Origin: Geosiphon pyriformis uo1
Lineage: Eukaryota > Fungi > Glomeromycota
Assembly (NCBI GenBank): GCA_016748015.1
Contig: JAAOMT010000369.1
Location: forward strand, 1-64,000
Length of the DNA: 64,000 bases
Direction: 5' to 3'
The notes below the pieces were generated by a model, which worked only from the letters and a program-made list of their open reading frames with translations, did no database searches and was not told the origin of the DNA. How positions within the stretch are numbered: position 1 is the stretch's first letter; every line of letters starts with the position of its first letter. The translations under genes were made by a program, and so were the position numbers. This document shows, one piece after another, positions 37,021 to 51,039 of this stretch.

Positions 37021-39474
37021 ATGTTCAATATGTCTACAATAAATGATGATAGAAATCTTATTACATTTCTTGAGGTTTTTTTTTCATATATTTTTTGATA
37101 TTAAACTTTTTTTCTGCTAACAATTACAGTGATCGATTAAATTTCATGATAGGAAATTTTACCTTCCCTAGATCATCAAGAAATCTCGGATAAGGAAGTT
37201 CGAGATCTTTTGACATACATGACAAAAATTATTAAAGTTTTAAGAAGTTGGTGTCAAAAAGTTGAGAATTCGATTATTACCGCGGAAAATGCAGGATCTT
37301 ATGAGAATTACTTTAACCGACTGAAATCAAACTATGGTCTATTGGTAAATTTTTCAAAAAGTTTGATGTTTAGTGTACAATTTCAAGCTTTTTGGCAATT
37401 AATCAGAATTTTTTTTTTTGGTTCCAGCTCAAGGTTTTTAGTATAGATGACAAATTTATTGTGCTCACTGCAAGGAAACTCTTTTTACAATGGGTACTTG
37501 TTCTCTCGACTGATGAGGTAAATTGATGATGAGTAATAACCTTAAATGGTTTTGGTGCATTTTTTTCTTATCGAGTGATCCTCTTTGTATCTCTTCAGAT
37601 CAATTTAATAGATGATATTAATCCCATCGATTTGCAAACACAAATATTATCCTCAATAAACGAAGTTATCACATTTTCCTTGAAAATATCTCAAGATTTC
37701 ACTGATCCCAAGATCTGGAATTTTTTAGCAGCAAATGCTTTGTTAGAAATACATCATTATATTTTAAAAGATTTCAGGAAGCTTTTGCGTGAACATGTCG
37801 AAGAAGATTATATGAATTCTGGGTTTAAAGGACACATTGGGTATCAACTTTGTTCCATACAAGAAAACTGGAGATGGATCGAGATATTTTTTAACCTTTT
37901 AAAGCTCAAAGTTGGTTATCATTGAAAAAAAAAATTTTTCAAAAACTTTACTTATCGATATTTAAACGTAATCTTTGACCTGTTTACTTTATTTTTTTGT
38001 AGACAGATTTCAAAGAATACCATCTTTTATTTGTGTCCTGCTTGACAATATTGGTAGATATTAAGAAATTACAAGAAATTTATGATGTGCAAGCATCATT
38101 CAAAGATGAAACCTTCCTTCAAAAATTAACATGTCAAATCGATCCTAATATAAACATGGTAGGTGTCAAGCGACAACTGTTTTCTGCAAATCTTAAAAAA
38201 AAATTCTATCGTAATTATTAATATGATTCACAAGATATCCAAGATTTTGAACTATAAACATATTTCAATTATTCGAAAAGCATTAGAGGTTCTACTCTTA
38301 ACGGCCAAATCAGCTAGAGATACTGTATTGGTATTATTTTTTGAATTAGATACAAATCAAAAGTTCGATTTTATGTTGACATTCTAGAATTTCAGAGCTT
38401 CTTTTAATATTATTTAGGTCTTCCAAGTCCTCGGTAGCATCTCAGAATACACTCGAAACCTTTTCGATTCGTTCAATGAATCACTTTTTGATCAAATATT
38501 ATCGGAAGATATTACTGAATTTTTTTATACAAAATATTCATTCTCACCCACAGAAATGATTTCGGATCAAGTCACCTTTTTGTTTTGCGATCGTGAATCT
38601 TTGAAACAGTTGACGGAAATATACATGACAGCTTTTATCAAACTGATAGATCTTCCATTAGAAAACATTGGAGAGGATAATGAAGTTTATCTTAATAATC
38701 AGTATTATTTTCAAACTGTGAATGAAGTAATTATTTTGTTGAAAGGTAAATATTTTAGGCAATCACTTCTAAAAATTACATTTCTGATTCATTTATTAAA
38801 CAAATTTTTTCTATTGTAATTAATTAGAACTTCTTTCTAGTCCAAATATTTTCACTTCTATATCAAGATTATACGGAGGTAATGATGGGGACATGATTGG
38901 ATTGATTTTGAACTTGATGAGATTCTTCATAGGCTCATCAAAATTCCATGAGGTTCCCGAGGAATTTACAGAAAAAAGGTTTTTTTTTTTAAATTGGTCA
39001 TTAGACTTTCAAATTCAAAAGAATCAAATTTTTACCTTTTCTGATTTACTTAGCTTTTTCGTAAACCTGTCTTCTTTGGTGACCGTCTTGGTTCAAAACT
39101 CTACCCCTCACGTGATCTTTCTCCGATTTTTGCAAGATATCGCGTTCGATCATTCAGTTTTATTGGATTTCTTGATTTCTAACGAGACTGCTTTTCTGGA
39201 ATTTATCATCATCTATTGCAAATATCTGGAAAATAATTCAAAATCATTTATCAATGTATGTGGGAAATTCGATGAACAATACCAAGATCAGGGTTTGGAT
39301 ATTTGGGAGAAAGAGGGATCTGAACCCTTTATCCTAAGATTTCTCAGTATGATTATTCAACTTCGAAAAGCAATTCAGTCTTTGATGTCAAGACAATTGT
39401 TTCCGTACAATGCGAAATCTTTAATCAATAGGCTCAAGTTAGTAGAAAGTATCTTTTCAATGGAATCACTTTGA
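37021..39474 (+). CDS. LINS1: Protein Lines homolog; approx. exons 37021-37074, 37153-37344, 37428-37517, 37599-37910, 38003-38158, 38235-38330, 38418-38745, 38828-38978, 39054-39474
   Basis: C-terminal motifs PHVIFLRFLQDIAFDHSVLLDFLISNETAFLEF and LFPYNAKSLINRL are characteristic of Lines proteins. GT-AG introns join the track ORFs in frame. Start could be 37021 or 37030. Confidence 0.8.
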
Positions 39475-40097
39475 ATTATATAAAAGAGAATAGCCTTGAT
39501 ATATAAATATATATATATATACATATATATTAAATATTGTCCAATTAGTCAAATTTGGTTCCATTCTTAGACTAAAATCTAAAATATTATTTTCTCACTT
39601 TTTTTATACTATCATAAACAGATAAAAAAAAAATCACCATATTAATGGTTTAAATTTTTTGGTAAATATACAAAACGAAAAATTTTCACGTTTCAACATT
39701 TGAAAACCGCAAAAGTACCAAACTTATTGAATCTTAATTACCATATTACATTAAACTTGATAAGTGGAAATATAAAATACCAAATGTATTTTGAATTAAA
39801 ATATTTATAGTGATTTTAAACATGTTAAATTTAATCCATCCAAAATAAACAAATATATAAGGTAAAAAGGGGGATGGAGGAATATTTTTGGTAAAATTTA
39901 ATAATTTTTGATGGAGTTGTGATAAAAAAGATTATAAAAAAAATAAAAAAAAGATAATTGTTCAATTGAGAAAATGGAATATTTTCACGCGTTTTTATTA
40001 TCCCACGCGAATTAATTTTTGTCAACTTTGTCATAATACTTTATTTTATATTCGCCACAACACCCCCACTTTTTACCTTATATATTCCAAATTAATC

Positions 40098-40104
40098 AAT
40101 AATA

Positions 40105-40164
<60 letters not shown>
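40098..40164. repeat. (AAT)n microsatellite
   Basis: Tandem AAT; similar tracts at ~36141-36188, ~47025-47071, ~48030-48113 and ~49567-49654. Confidence 0.9.
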
Positions 40165-40167
<3 letters not shown>

Positions 40168-41969
40168 TTATATATACATATAATAAAGGTTTTCTTCAAA
40201 TGAAACTAAAATAATGTTTATGTTTATGATACTCTATATATTTTTATTTTAACCTTTTATTAAAACATAAAAAATAGTATTCATATTTTTGGTAAAAAAA
40301 ATTGAAAATCAAAGTTTTATAATTAAAATGTCTCTAATCTTATACATCACCTCTCTTTCCCTGATTTTCACCAAAACCCTTTCTATTTTCCTGTTTTAAT
40401 CTAAATATCACAGTCTGATCTTCAATTTCTTATTTATTTTCTCCGTTATTTCTGTTTACCAAATAAAAATTCAATCTAAAAATTTCCGATTCTTATGATC
40501 GCTAATTTTAAACAATGTTTTGATATATTTCCCATGTTCCATGTTAATCGTCTCAAATATCTTCATCACAGGACATGTATTTAAAGATATTATTGCCCAT
40601 CATCCAATAAAACAAATTGCGTTCTGGAACAAATTCTCTAAAAAATGCGAAAAGGATCTTATAGACGCAGATTTTGAATCTTGCTCTCACACCTTCTCAT
40701 AGCATTATGCTCAAATATTTCACGCATAATGAGAATATATATCAAAATCCCACTTTTCATCATCCTAAACAATTTTAAAGCACAAGTTCAAATTATATCA
40801 AAGAAAATAAGAGAATTTACAAATGAAACAAATACAAAGTGGGGAAAATACATATTAGGAAAAAAATAGCTATTCAAAACACAAGATTAAAAAAAATCAA
40901 AATTTTGAAACATGAAAAAATGCATTGAACGCGCTCTTTGATAAATTTTTGAGGCGTGAAAAACAATGTTGATTGAGAAAAGATTAAAGATGCAAAGGTT
41001 AATTAATCTACTATCTCTTCCTCATCCCCCAACCCCAAAGAGAAAATAATAATATGTGCAGAGCATTCGTGGTTTGTCCACTGACTGGTTGCCGTTGTGT
41101 GCGTTGAACGTGTATCCGAATACAACACAATTTGTTTATTTCCAAAATCGACGGACGATGTGTTATGCACGTATCGTACCGATGGTGATAATCGGTGTGT
41201 ACAAAAACTATCTTGCGTTTTAAATAGTCGGAGAGGAAAGAGAGAAAAGCTGGGTGATCGACGCGAAAATTTATTTAGAATACGCGTACAACAGATGGAG
41301 CTTGACTTAAAATAATCGTAAAGTTAGAATTGTAAATCTCTTGGATTCATACTATATAATCAAAGGGGAATAGGAACAATGGGAATAAAAACAAATTTTC
41401 TACAAGAAAAAGGGATATGAGAGAGAAAATACTAACATAATGGGGAAGAGATTACTAACAAGTGAAAGTACTACAAAAAAAAATGTTTATGTTTTGTGCA
41501 AATTGGTATGTTTGATCGAGTTTGCGTGGTGGTCAAAGTATAAGTAATGTAACAAAGAATCACTTACAATCAAAGAACTATTTTTACAAAAGTTTTGTTA
41601 TGGTTGTAAAAAAACAATGTCAGAAGATGAAGATGTGAGAAAAATGAATTGGGGAAAAAAGAGGAGGTGAATGTGTGGTTGTGCGTTGTACATCATACAT
41701 ACAAAAATGTGGAGTTGTTTCACCCCACCACGCAAAATTCTAGATCAAGAGGTTGTGCTGGTTTTTGTAAAATAAAGAAAAAATACAAAGAATATATTAC
41801 TAAAATAAAATGAAGAACGTTAAAGGAGAAAAAGTAATCGAAACCGTCACCACCAGAACGTCAAGACTGGTGTATTCTCTTTCATCCCTCCAGCAGAAGC
41901 AACATAAAAAAAAGATGACTGTCGGGAAGAAAGAATAAGAAAATGGGAAATTATGGAGGGGAAATTTTT

Positions 41970-44900
41970 TTACAAGTATGAATATGCGGGTGCGTAATCG
42001 TTCAACCCAATCATGCCAAGGTTGTTAAGGTTGTTGAAATTGCCGAGTCCGTTAAACGGATACCCGAGCATATTCAAATTGTTCATATTGAGGTTACCAA
42101 TGGAGTTCATGGCCTGTAATTGTTGCTCACGGTGCAATTTTCCTTGGATACGTTTACCATAGGGTGTGTTTCGAATGGCTGGCAGCAAAGGCCTAATGCA
42201 ATCCACCAGCTAAAGAAGAGGCGAATTAAGTCAATACATCTGAGTACGATATTTCCCATTATCAAAATAATAAAACGTTCAAACCCACTTGAGCACGCTG
42301 TATAGGATCTGCATAATCCAGAGAGGTCTGAACCACGTAATTCGCATATGAATCACGTAATAACTTATCAAGACGGCTCTTATTAAGCATCTCTTCAATC
42401 AAGTATTTTCGCGTTTCTGGTTCTGCAACCCGGATGCACTTTAGAATAGGGAAAAAGACAATGTTCATCGATTTCAGTATAACCATAATTTAAAACTGAA
42501 TAGTTTTAAAAAATATTTTTTTAATCACCTTTTCCATGACATTAGAGCTAAACTTTTGCACTGATAGCAAACAAACATGCCCAATGAAACGGCGAATCAA
42601 AGAATCGGTGAATCGAATATCCCCAAGATCCAAAACGTATTGGACGACGTAATTGCCAAAAGGATCCTATTTTTCCAAAAAATTTGGGTAATTGAAGAAT
42701 TGTATTGAGGAATTTGAACATTCAAAAATTTGGAGTATCTTTTAGGAAATTTTCAATTATTTTTACCAACCTGTACCAACGTTAACGCGTGATAAGTGAT
42801 TTCGGTGACAAGTTGGAACTTTTGAGCTTCAGAGGCATGATCAATACAGCGTTGAAGTACACAACAGCCGTGACGATGGGTCGCAACTTCGACACAATGC
42901 TGACTGACTGCATTGTAAATGAACTAGAATTAAAATCAAACAGTTAACTTGGTGAATTAAAGTGTCTCGTCATTGAATAAATTCTCTGATAAGATAATAA
43001 ACCCTACTTGATTATCATCAGAGCTCAAACGATTCAGGCATTTCTGAATCACGTGATTGCCGTTCAAATCCTTAATCAAGGTGACCACGTTAGGATTCAA
43101 GGCAACAATAACCATTCGAATCTGCATCTTGTTCTTTGAATTAGCAAAGTAGAGAATTTTGGTTAGTGGAGTTCGATGATTGAAAAGAAGACGAGAGAAT
43201 TAGAGATGTTTACTCACAGCTGCCCGACCAGTTCGTCTGATTTGTTGCGACGTTGACAAGAATTCAATCATTTTTTGAACCGCGCGGGTACCATGCATAT
43301 TCAGAGAAATATTGACTAATTCCGGAGCAACCGTCTCAACAATTATGGTACGTTGATCATCATTACAGTACTCGAGCAGTTTCTGACACAAGTAATTACC
43401 AAAAGGATCTAGATTTGTCGTTTCAAAGAGAAAGGTGAGAATTTGAATGTGAATCGCAAAAGATTGTAGACGTGAAACAATTACTAACCGGTCATAAGTT
43501 CAACGAAATGGCTGAAAACTTCGTTGAAAATCATGTTGATATACTTTTCATTCTTTTCTTCCAACTTCTTTTGAAGATATCGACAACCGTGTTGATCTTT
43601 GCAAAGTGAATAAATCTCGCCGATTAAATCGTCAAGCAAGACGCCGGAAAATCGATTCACTAGAGATGGCGAGTTGGCAAGAAAATTTTTGATTAGTAAA
43701 TTTTTATTTAGGTAGAAGATGACGAGATACGATTCCAAATTCTTTACCTTCTAGTTCACTATTCATTCGTTTTTGATTGAGTTTCGCAAGGGCAATGTTG
43801 TTCGAATGCAGAATTCCTCGGTGCCCATTGAGGGTGGCATTGAAAGCGAGATTTTGATTATATCCAAACCCATTTGAACCTTGGAACATGCTCATTCCTC
43901 CAAGTGTACCACCTAGGCCATTCATACCATATTGTCCATATAACGCGGCAGCAGTACCTAAAGAAGGCATGACGCCAGGATATGCCAAATGTGCAGCGAG
44001 TCCCATCGAAGATAATGAGCTACCCCCACTACTACTACTACCCGAACCCGCACCCAATCCATGATGAGTATGTGCATATTGACAACGTTCACCACGTGAG
44101 CAGAAACCTTGTTGATAAAATCGACAAATCCCGGAAGCGGCAGCCCCAAGATCAGTCCCATTGTGCATCTGAATAGCTTGAGCGAGTTGTGAATCAACGT
44201 CTACCAGATCAGTGTAAGATCTTTCACGACGAACCAAACGACCTCCACCAGCTTGTAAGTCTGGTGTCGAGTAGGAGTTGGAAAGTTTGGGTATTGGCTT
44301 TGATGGCATAGATTCTGTGACCAGATTTTCCAGTTTTTTCCTATCGTTCGCATAGGTAGTTTCATTAGAAAGATTTTCAGCGGACGACTTCCTGGTTGCG
44401 GATGAATTATTCGATTCCGAGAAAATTGTCGTCATTTGATCAAGATGTGACCTCTGATAACGTTCAGATGTTTCGTGCGGCTTCGGAATGGCATATTGAG
44501 ACCAATCGACGTTGCGTAGTGCCTCTAGGCCCCGAGAATGACGAGGTGAAGTTTGAGCTAATGGCGCCAAATCCAACGCAGCTGATGAAGCGGATAGCTA
44601 AAGAGATTTTGAATGGAAAAAATGTGAGAGGTGAAAAATTTTCCTCTAAATGATATCGTTTAAATGAGAACACGCACCATTCCAGGATAACTATCACGGC
44701 GTACGAGGATCGGAAACTTGTCATCATCAGTGTTCATTTGAAGATAACGATGTACGTAAGAAGACGACATACTAGCATTTTCTATATAGATCAAGGAAAA
44801 ATTTGAGAAATTAGTGATTTATTTCACCGATATAAATATCTATGGTAGATGGACGCGATTTGACTTTTGAAAACAAAAATCAGATTTTAAAGAAATATAC

Positions 44901-46684
44901 CTCCAGAAGCTTCTCCATCATCTTCAAGGAGGAATTTATCGTTGAATTGGGAGAATAATGGGCCATCAGAAGAATTCGTTGAGACGTTCGCCACCGTTGC
45001 TTCATCTATCATGTTGCGTGTGAGAGCTGCTTGAAGTAAATTTTGAGGATGTGCTGAGAGACGTTTCGTAGTTTTCCTAATTTAAAATTAATGAATTAAT
45101 GAAGGATTCTAATGCCTTTGAAATATTAATTTAGATTCTGAATAAAGTTAACTTACTCAGTCTCATTTTTGGATTCATCTTCTTTTCCGTTGATAGTTAA
45201 TTTTTCAATCTCTGGCCACTCTGGTTTTTCTGATGTTTCGTTCGAATTGCGTCTGGAGGTTGGAACAGAACGTGATACGTTCGGAAGTCGAGGTAACGGT
45301 AGCGGTTGCGTCTGCTGTGATTGAGGTTGAGGATTTGGACTATTATTTTGATTCTCATTATTAATTTTTTTATTTTTGCCAAGAGTAGTAGTTTGAGTGA
45401 CAACCGATTGGGAATTATTTTTCGCTTTTGATGTGGTGGTGGAGGTGGTGGTGGTGGTGGTGGTGGTGGTGGTGGATGAAGAAAGAGCTAATATGCCAGC
45501 AGAAGGAGACGAGAGTTTAGGCATGGTGTTTGATCTGGCACGAGTGTCATTAGGTGACATCGCCGGTGGTGTACTGGGAGCACTGTTGCTATTATTGGTT
45601 GATTGATGTTGTTTGAGCAAATCTTGTTCTTCTTGCAATTGTTGAAGTTCAAGCATTTTCATGTGCTTCTCGAACAATTTTCGTTGTTCCAAACGTTGAC
45701 GTTCCCATTCCAAACGTTTTTGTTCCAATTTCTTTAACATACAGACGGTAAAAAAAAATGGTAAGTTGTTGAAATTACGAAGTACGAAAAAGAAAGAAAG
45801 AAAGAAAGAATATACACGCAATAAACACAATAGAAATAATTGGGTATTTAATTTATAAAAAAGTTCGTGACTTACAGCGTCAACTCTGGAAGTATTTGTT
45901 GGACTTGATTTACGCTGATTATGAGGGATCTTTAATAAGATGCAAAAAGGAATAAAAATCAGGAAATTTTTTGATAAAACAAAGATTTCCTCAAGAATGA
46001 GCAGGTTTGATTTATGTTTGATAAAGCTAATGATTGATTATGAAAAATAAATACCAATTTTGGTTGTTCTAGATCCGAATCAAAAGCGGCTGGGAATAAA
46101 TTTAATGATGATGATCCTTCGTTCATGTCTGACTCTCGGGTAGGAGAATTCCGATCAATACAGCCTTCAAATTTAATGTCCAAAGCAGAGGACGATTGAG
46201 TAGAAGAAGATGGGAGTGGTGGAGAACTCAAAGCACCACTAGACGCTTGACGTTGTAATTGACGAAGAAGAATTTCCCGATCATTTGATGCGTCTGATGA
46301 TAAAGTGTGATTGTTGGGATCAGAGATACCATTGTCAAGATTATTCGTAGTTGTAGGATTTAATAATGATATGGCCGTTACATAACGTGTAGTCTTCGAA
46401 TCGAGGTTATTGTTATTGGTGCTGGTACTGGTACTGGTACTGATATTATTGTTATAATTATAATTATTATTATTATTATTATTATTATTTGTTGAAGTAC
46501 GATTCATGTTGTTATTTGGCTGCATTGACGACGATGATGATGAAGAAGATGAGGACGATGATGATGATGTTACGGAGGCTACGGACGATGAAGACGATTT
46601 CAAATTTCCAGGATGATATTCTTTTGTATAAATATTGTGCGGAAATAAGGCAGCGCCAGAATTTGACGCAGCTAAAGCGGACAT
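41970..46684 (-). CDS. PUF4: Pumilio-family RNA-binding protein of the Puf4/Mpt5 subgroup with CCCH zinc finger; multi-exon
   Basis: Eight PUF repeats across exons: KDQHGCRYLQK, DPFGNYLCQK, NMHGTRAVQK, DLNGNHVIQK, HRHGCCVLQR, DPFGNYVVQY, QKFSSNVMEK, DSYANYVVQT, then TPYGKRIQ. CRFYQQGFCSRGERCQYAH finger, N-terminal coiled coil and TDDDKFPILVRR motif. Start ATG 46684 inferred. Confidence 0.93.
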
Positions 46685-47023
46685 GCTGGGGATGTACCGA
46701 ATTTGCAATGTGATTATGATGTAATTTGCTTCACGGTAAGAGATATTTCAAGTTAAGAAACTCAGCCTAAAATTGAGTTTGTATTTAATTGAATTGGGTG
46801 AAGGGGGAGAGAAGGAATATTAATAAAGAAATTAAGTTGTTAGAAAAGCGATTTCAAAAACTTCTTGAAGATAAAAAATTCTAAATTTGAAAAATAGTGA
46901 AAGTGATATTCTATATTAGGGTAGTTGTGAAGTTTTGGAAGATTAAACCAACAGTCAGACACGCAAATCAGTGTTCTTTATGGTGGTAAAAGTACAGATA
47001 GTGATAGTAATGATAATAATAGA

Positions 47024-47073
<50 letters not shown>

Positions 47074-47797
47074 TAATAGTAATAATCCTAGTAATAGTAA
47101 TAATAGTAACAATAGTAGAGGATAAAATTCTATAATACTATTAATTAATAATAATAATAATAATAGTTTACAATTTTAGAAAAGAAGTCTAATAGTGAGG
47201 AAGAAAAATTGAGGAGGAATGAATAAAAAGGAGCGTGGGATGCAAATAATAATCAAAATATAAAATTATCAAGACGAATTGAACCCTGTTCAGTCAATCT
47301 TAATTAATAAAAATGAAAATAATAATAATAATAATAAAAATAATAATTAGGAAAATATGTAGAAAGAAAAAGAGAGAGGGAAACCTAAGAAAGATTTTAA
47401 GCTAATGGAACGTAGAATATATAGGAAGCAGCATGTTCTTTCAAGTTAGGTTGGCTGACTGGATAGCTGGCTGGTTGGTCGGTTGGTTGCTTGGTTAAAG
47501 GGTTGCGCCAAGCAGGAGAGCGACTTTATGCACCCGGTGCAGCTGGAGAAAGCGAGACAAACTAATATATGTAGGTGTGGTAGTTAAGTGTACCTATGTC
47601 TCTAACTTTTTAGTTGATTCCTCTTTTTTGGTCGGTAGATTGAAAGAGAACAATGAAAAGTTCATGAAACTTTTTAAACTTTTGTTCAAGACCTAAAACT
47701 TTGGAGAAAGAGAAGCCAACTTCTACACTTTGTATTCGCTGTTGAGAGTTAAGGATCGTCCAAGCTTATTATTGCTTTATTCGGAGTGTTTTTGTTT

Positions 47798-47819
47798 GTG
47801 GTGGTAGTGGTGGTGGTGG

Positions 47820-47856
<37 letters not shown>

Positions 47857-47866
47857 GGTGTTGGTG
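47798..47866. repeat. (GGT)n(TGT)n compound microsatellite upstream of PUF4
   Basis: Tandem trinucleotides. Confidence 0.9.
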
Positions 47867-48028
47867 ATTGGTTTGAAAGGTGATGATTAGCGGTGTGCGC
47901 TTTGTAAAAGTTTGAATTCGGGGCGTATGTCCGGGATCAAAACAAGTGCCGATTCCGAAAAAGTCGAGTATAACGCGTTTTGAGCCAATCAAAACAACAA
48001 AAATAATAATAACAAAAACAATAATAAC

Positions 48029-48086
<58 letters not shown>

Positions 48087-48755
48087 GTAATAATAATAAT
48101 AATGATAATAATAAAGGAAGGATCAAATAATCACAAGAAGAAAAGAAGCGAACTAAAAGGTATCTCTTTTGAAATTCTTTTACAAGTCTGACTGATGGTT
48201 TATCCCGAAAAATAACAAAAAGAACCTTGGAGCGGCATGGGTGTGGGAAAGAAAACGAAAAAGCAGGGAAAAAACAATCATCATCAAATATATGGCTCAC
48301 CCGATTGATAACATAAACAAGCGACCGAGTAGGAAACAAGAAAAAGTTTCGAAACTTAGAATATCGTCCTCGTTTGAACTTTGTCGTCTCCGTTATTATG
48401 TAAGAGTATTAGAATCGGAGTGGTACTCAACCTGAAAGTCGAGGAAAAAAAAGAAGAGAGAAAAATTTTTGTGCTTGTTTAGTTTGCCCTGTGTTTATAT
48501 GGAGAAAATTTAGTGGGTGTATTAAAAACGTGGGTGGCAAATTTGTAGTGGTTTGCACTGTTGATGACGATTATGACGATAAAAGAAAAAAAAAAGTTTA
48601 CTATCAACAGAATAATAGGGTGTGACAGTACAGATAGAAGTTTACTCAATTGACGATTTTTTTAATAATAATAGAAGTTCAATGTTATTCTTTAAAATTT
48701 TCAAAGAAAATATTCAACTTTAAAAAATATTTTTTTCCCGTTGGCTACACCAATT

Positions 48756-48790
<35 letters not shown>

Positions 48791-49566
48791 ATCTTCTGAA
48801 CACAAAAAAATAATAATCTTCATCAACATCTTTTTTCCAATACTTCGCACAAGGCAAATCATTGGTCTATAAGCTCAATTTTAGATCTTTGTACTTTTTG
48901 TATTCAAAAAACTATTGCTCAAAAAATATTTGAATCACTCTCCGAATATTATATAAAGCTATTAAATTCATTTTTTCAGCTTTTTTCAAATTAAATACTT
49001 TGCCCCCAAAGATAAAAAAAATTTCTGATATGTTACGATCTCATATTACAAGCCTTATCAGTTATGGAAGAATGAAGACGCCGTTTTGATTGCGAATTAC
49101 CGAATCTGGAAAGTTTTGAAAAAAAACTTGTAATAATTTTTTCTCACACAAGAAATTTTCGGTACTTCCCTTTTTACTATTTAATCTTCAGACCAATTGG
49201 GGGGAGGTGGAGGGGGAGGGGCATTATTAAAGAGGAGGGAATTCAATTTCTTAAAATAAAAAATTCATAAATATATAGATGAAATTCAAAGAATGAGATC
49301 AAAATGATTTCTTATTTCTTTTGTTTCTTATTTTTCTTTTTTTCTTTTTGACTGCGCATTAGATATTCTTTTATTGTAATTTTCAACCTTGGGGATAAAC
49401 AGTGGCTTTAATAAATGCAATTACTAAAAATTTTCCGAAATGATCAGAAATTCATCACAAACTTTTAATTCATTTTCGGAAATAATCATCCCTCATCAAA
49501 AATGGTACCCACTCGAAGGATTTTATTTATCATAACTGATAAAGAATACTCTAATAATAATAAATA

Positions 49567-49654
<88 letters not shown>

Positions 49655-49748
49655 NNNNNNNNNNNNNNNNNNNNNNNNNNNNNNNNNNNNNNNNNNNNNN
49701 NNNNNNNNNNNNNNNNNNNNNNNNNNNNNNNNNNNNNNNNNNNNNNNN
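49655..49748. other. Assembly gap (94 N) flanked by (AAT)n and poly(C)
   Basis: N run. Confidence 1.
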
Positions 49749-50793
49749 CCCCCCCCCCCCCCTTAGAGATCTCTCATTCACCTATTTTTTGATGGGTACC
49801 AATTTCAAAAATTAGAAATATCATTTGAATGAATTGATCAGAATTAAAAAATTTATATATATATTTCATAATGAACCAACTTATTTTACATTATCCGATT
49901 TTTAAAAAAGAAAAAAATATCTGAATTCCTTTTGTGGAAATAGACGATAAGTTAAGAAAGTTCTTTTTCAGCTGAAAACCATAATCAAAAAATGCTCCTT
50001 TTTGACTTCATTTTAAATTTTGTATCATCATCATCATTATCATCATCATCATCATCATCATCCTTTTGGAAAATCAAAAACGGTTGAAAAGTATTTGTTC
50101 ATTCAACAATAGACTATTGTTATTTGAACACCTTAATAAAGAGGAAAATAAAGTTTCGAAGGCCGCCATAAAAATTCAGAGTAAAATGATTTTTTTTTTT
50201 TTTTTTTTTTTTTAACGAAAATTTTAAGAAACTTTCCTAAAAAGATCGGCAAGGGGTCGGCAGTAGGGTATAGAACGTCCAACTTAAACAATCTAAGATT
50301 CCCTCATAGAAAATCCTACTTTTACATAATCATTTGATTTCTCAAGAGGAACTCCCAACCACAGCGGTGAGAAATGTGCCAAAGTTCAAGTAGCAAATCA
50401 AAAGTTTTTCAATTACCAAGATATTATGTCATAATGTTATGAAACTGATCTTCAAAGGCGATCATTTCAATCGGATTGATGTTCAGAAAAATATAATTGA
50501 TTAGTGTATAAAATAAGGTTTTATCTTTAAAATTTTTTATATAATTTCAGTTTTTTTAACATATAGATTTGTTCTCATTATTAAAATTTTACATTTTTAT
50601 TTATTTATTTATTTATTGTATATATAAAAAATTAATAGTTAAAAAATAATAATAATAAATTTATAACATATATTTTAATTTGGTTTTATATATAATAATA
50701 CAAAATTTATTTAAAGCCAATATTTTTTTTTTTTTTACATACAATATTAAATATGCAAATTAAATTAATTAATTAAAATTTATAATAATAATA

Positions 50794-50832
<39 letters not shown>

Positions 50833-51039
50833 TATTTTTAAAGTTTTTAAGTCTTTTTTTGTTTAATTAAATTAATTTTAATAAAACAATAATATTTAAA
50901 AAAAAAATTTATTGTATTTTATAATATATTTAAAAAATTATTAAATTAACTTATTATTTTTGTTAAATTAATTTATTTACAACATATAATATTATTTATA
51001 TCATAATTTTATATTTAATTATATATAAAAATATATTAA

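Noticed and set aside
41579-41588. Puf5-like element UGUAAAAAUA in the PUF4 3' region (autoregulation)
   Set aside because: Such a match is expected by chance in AT-rich sequence, and the UTR extent is unknown.
47777-49781. ORFs with poly-Q, poly-I or poly-L tracts, and one spanning the N gap
   Set aside because: Translations of microsatellites or the assembly gap.
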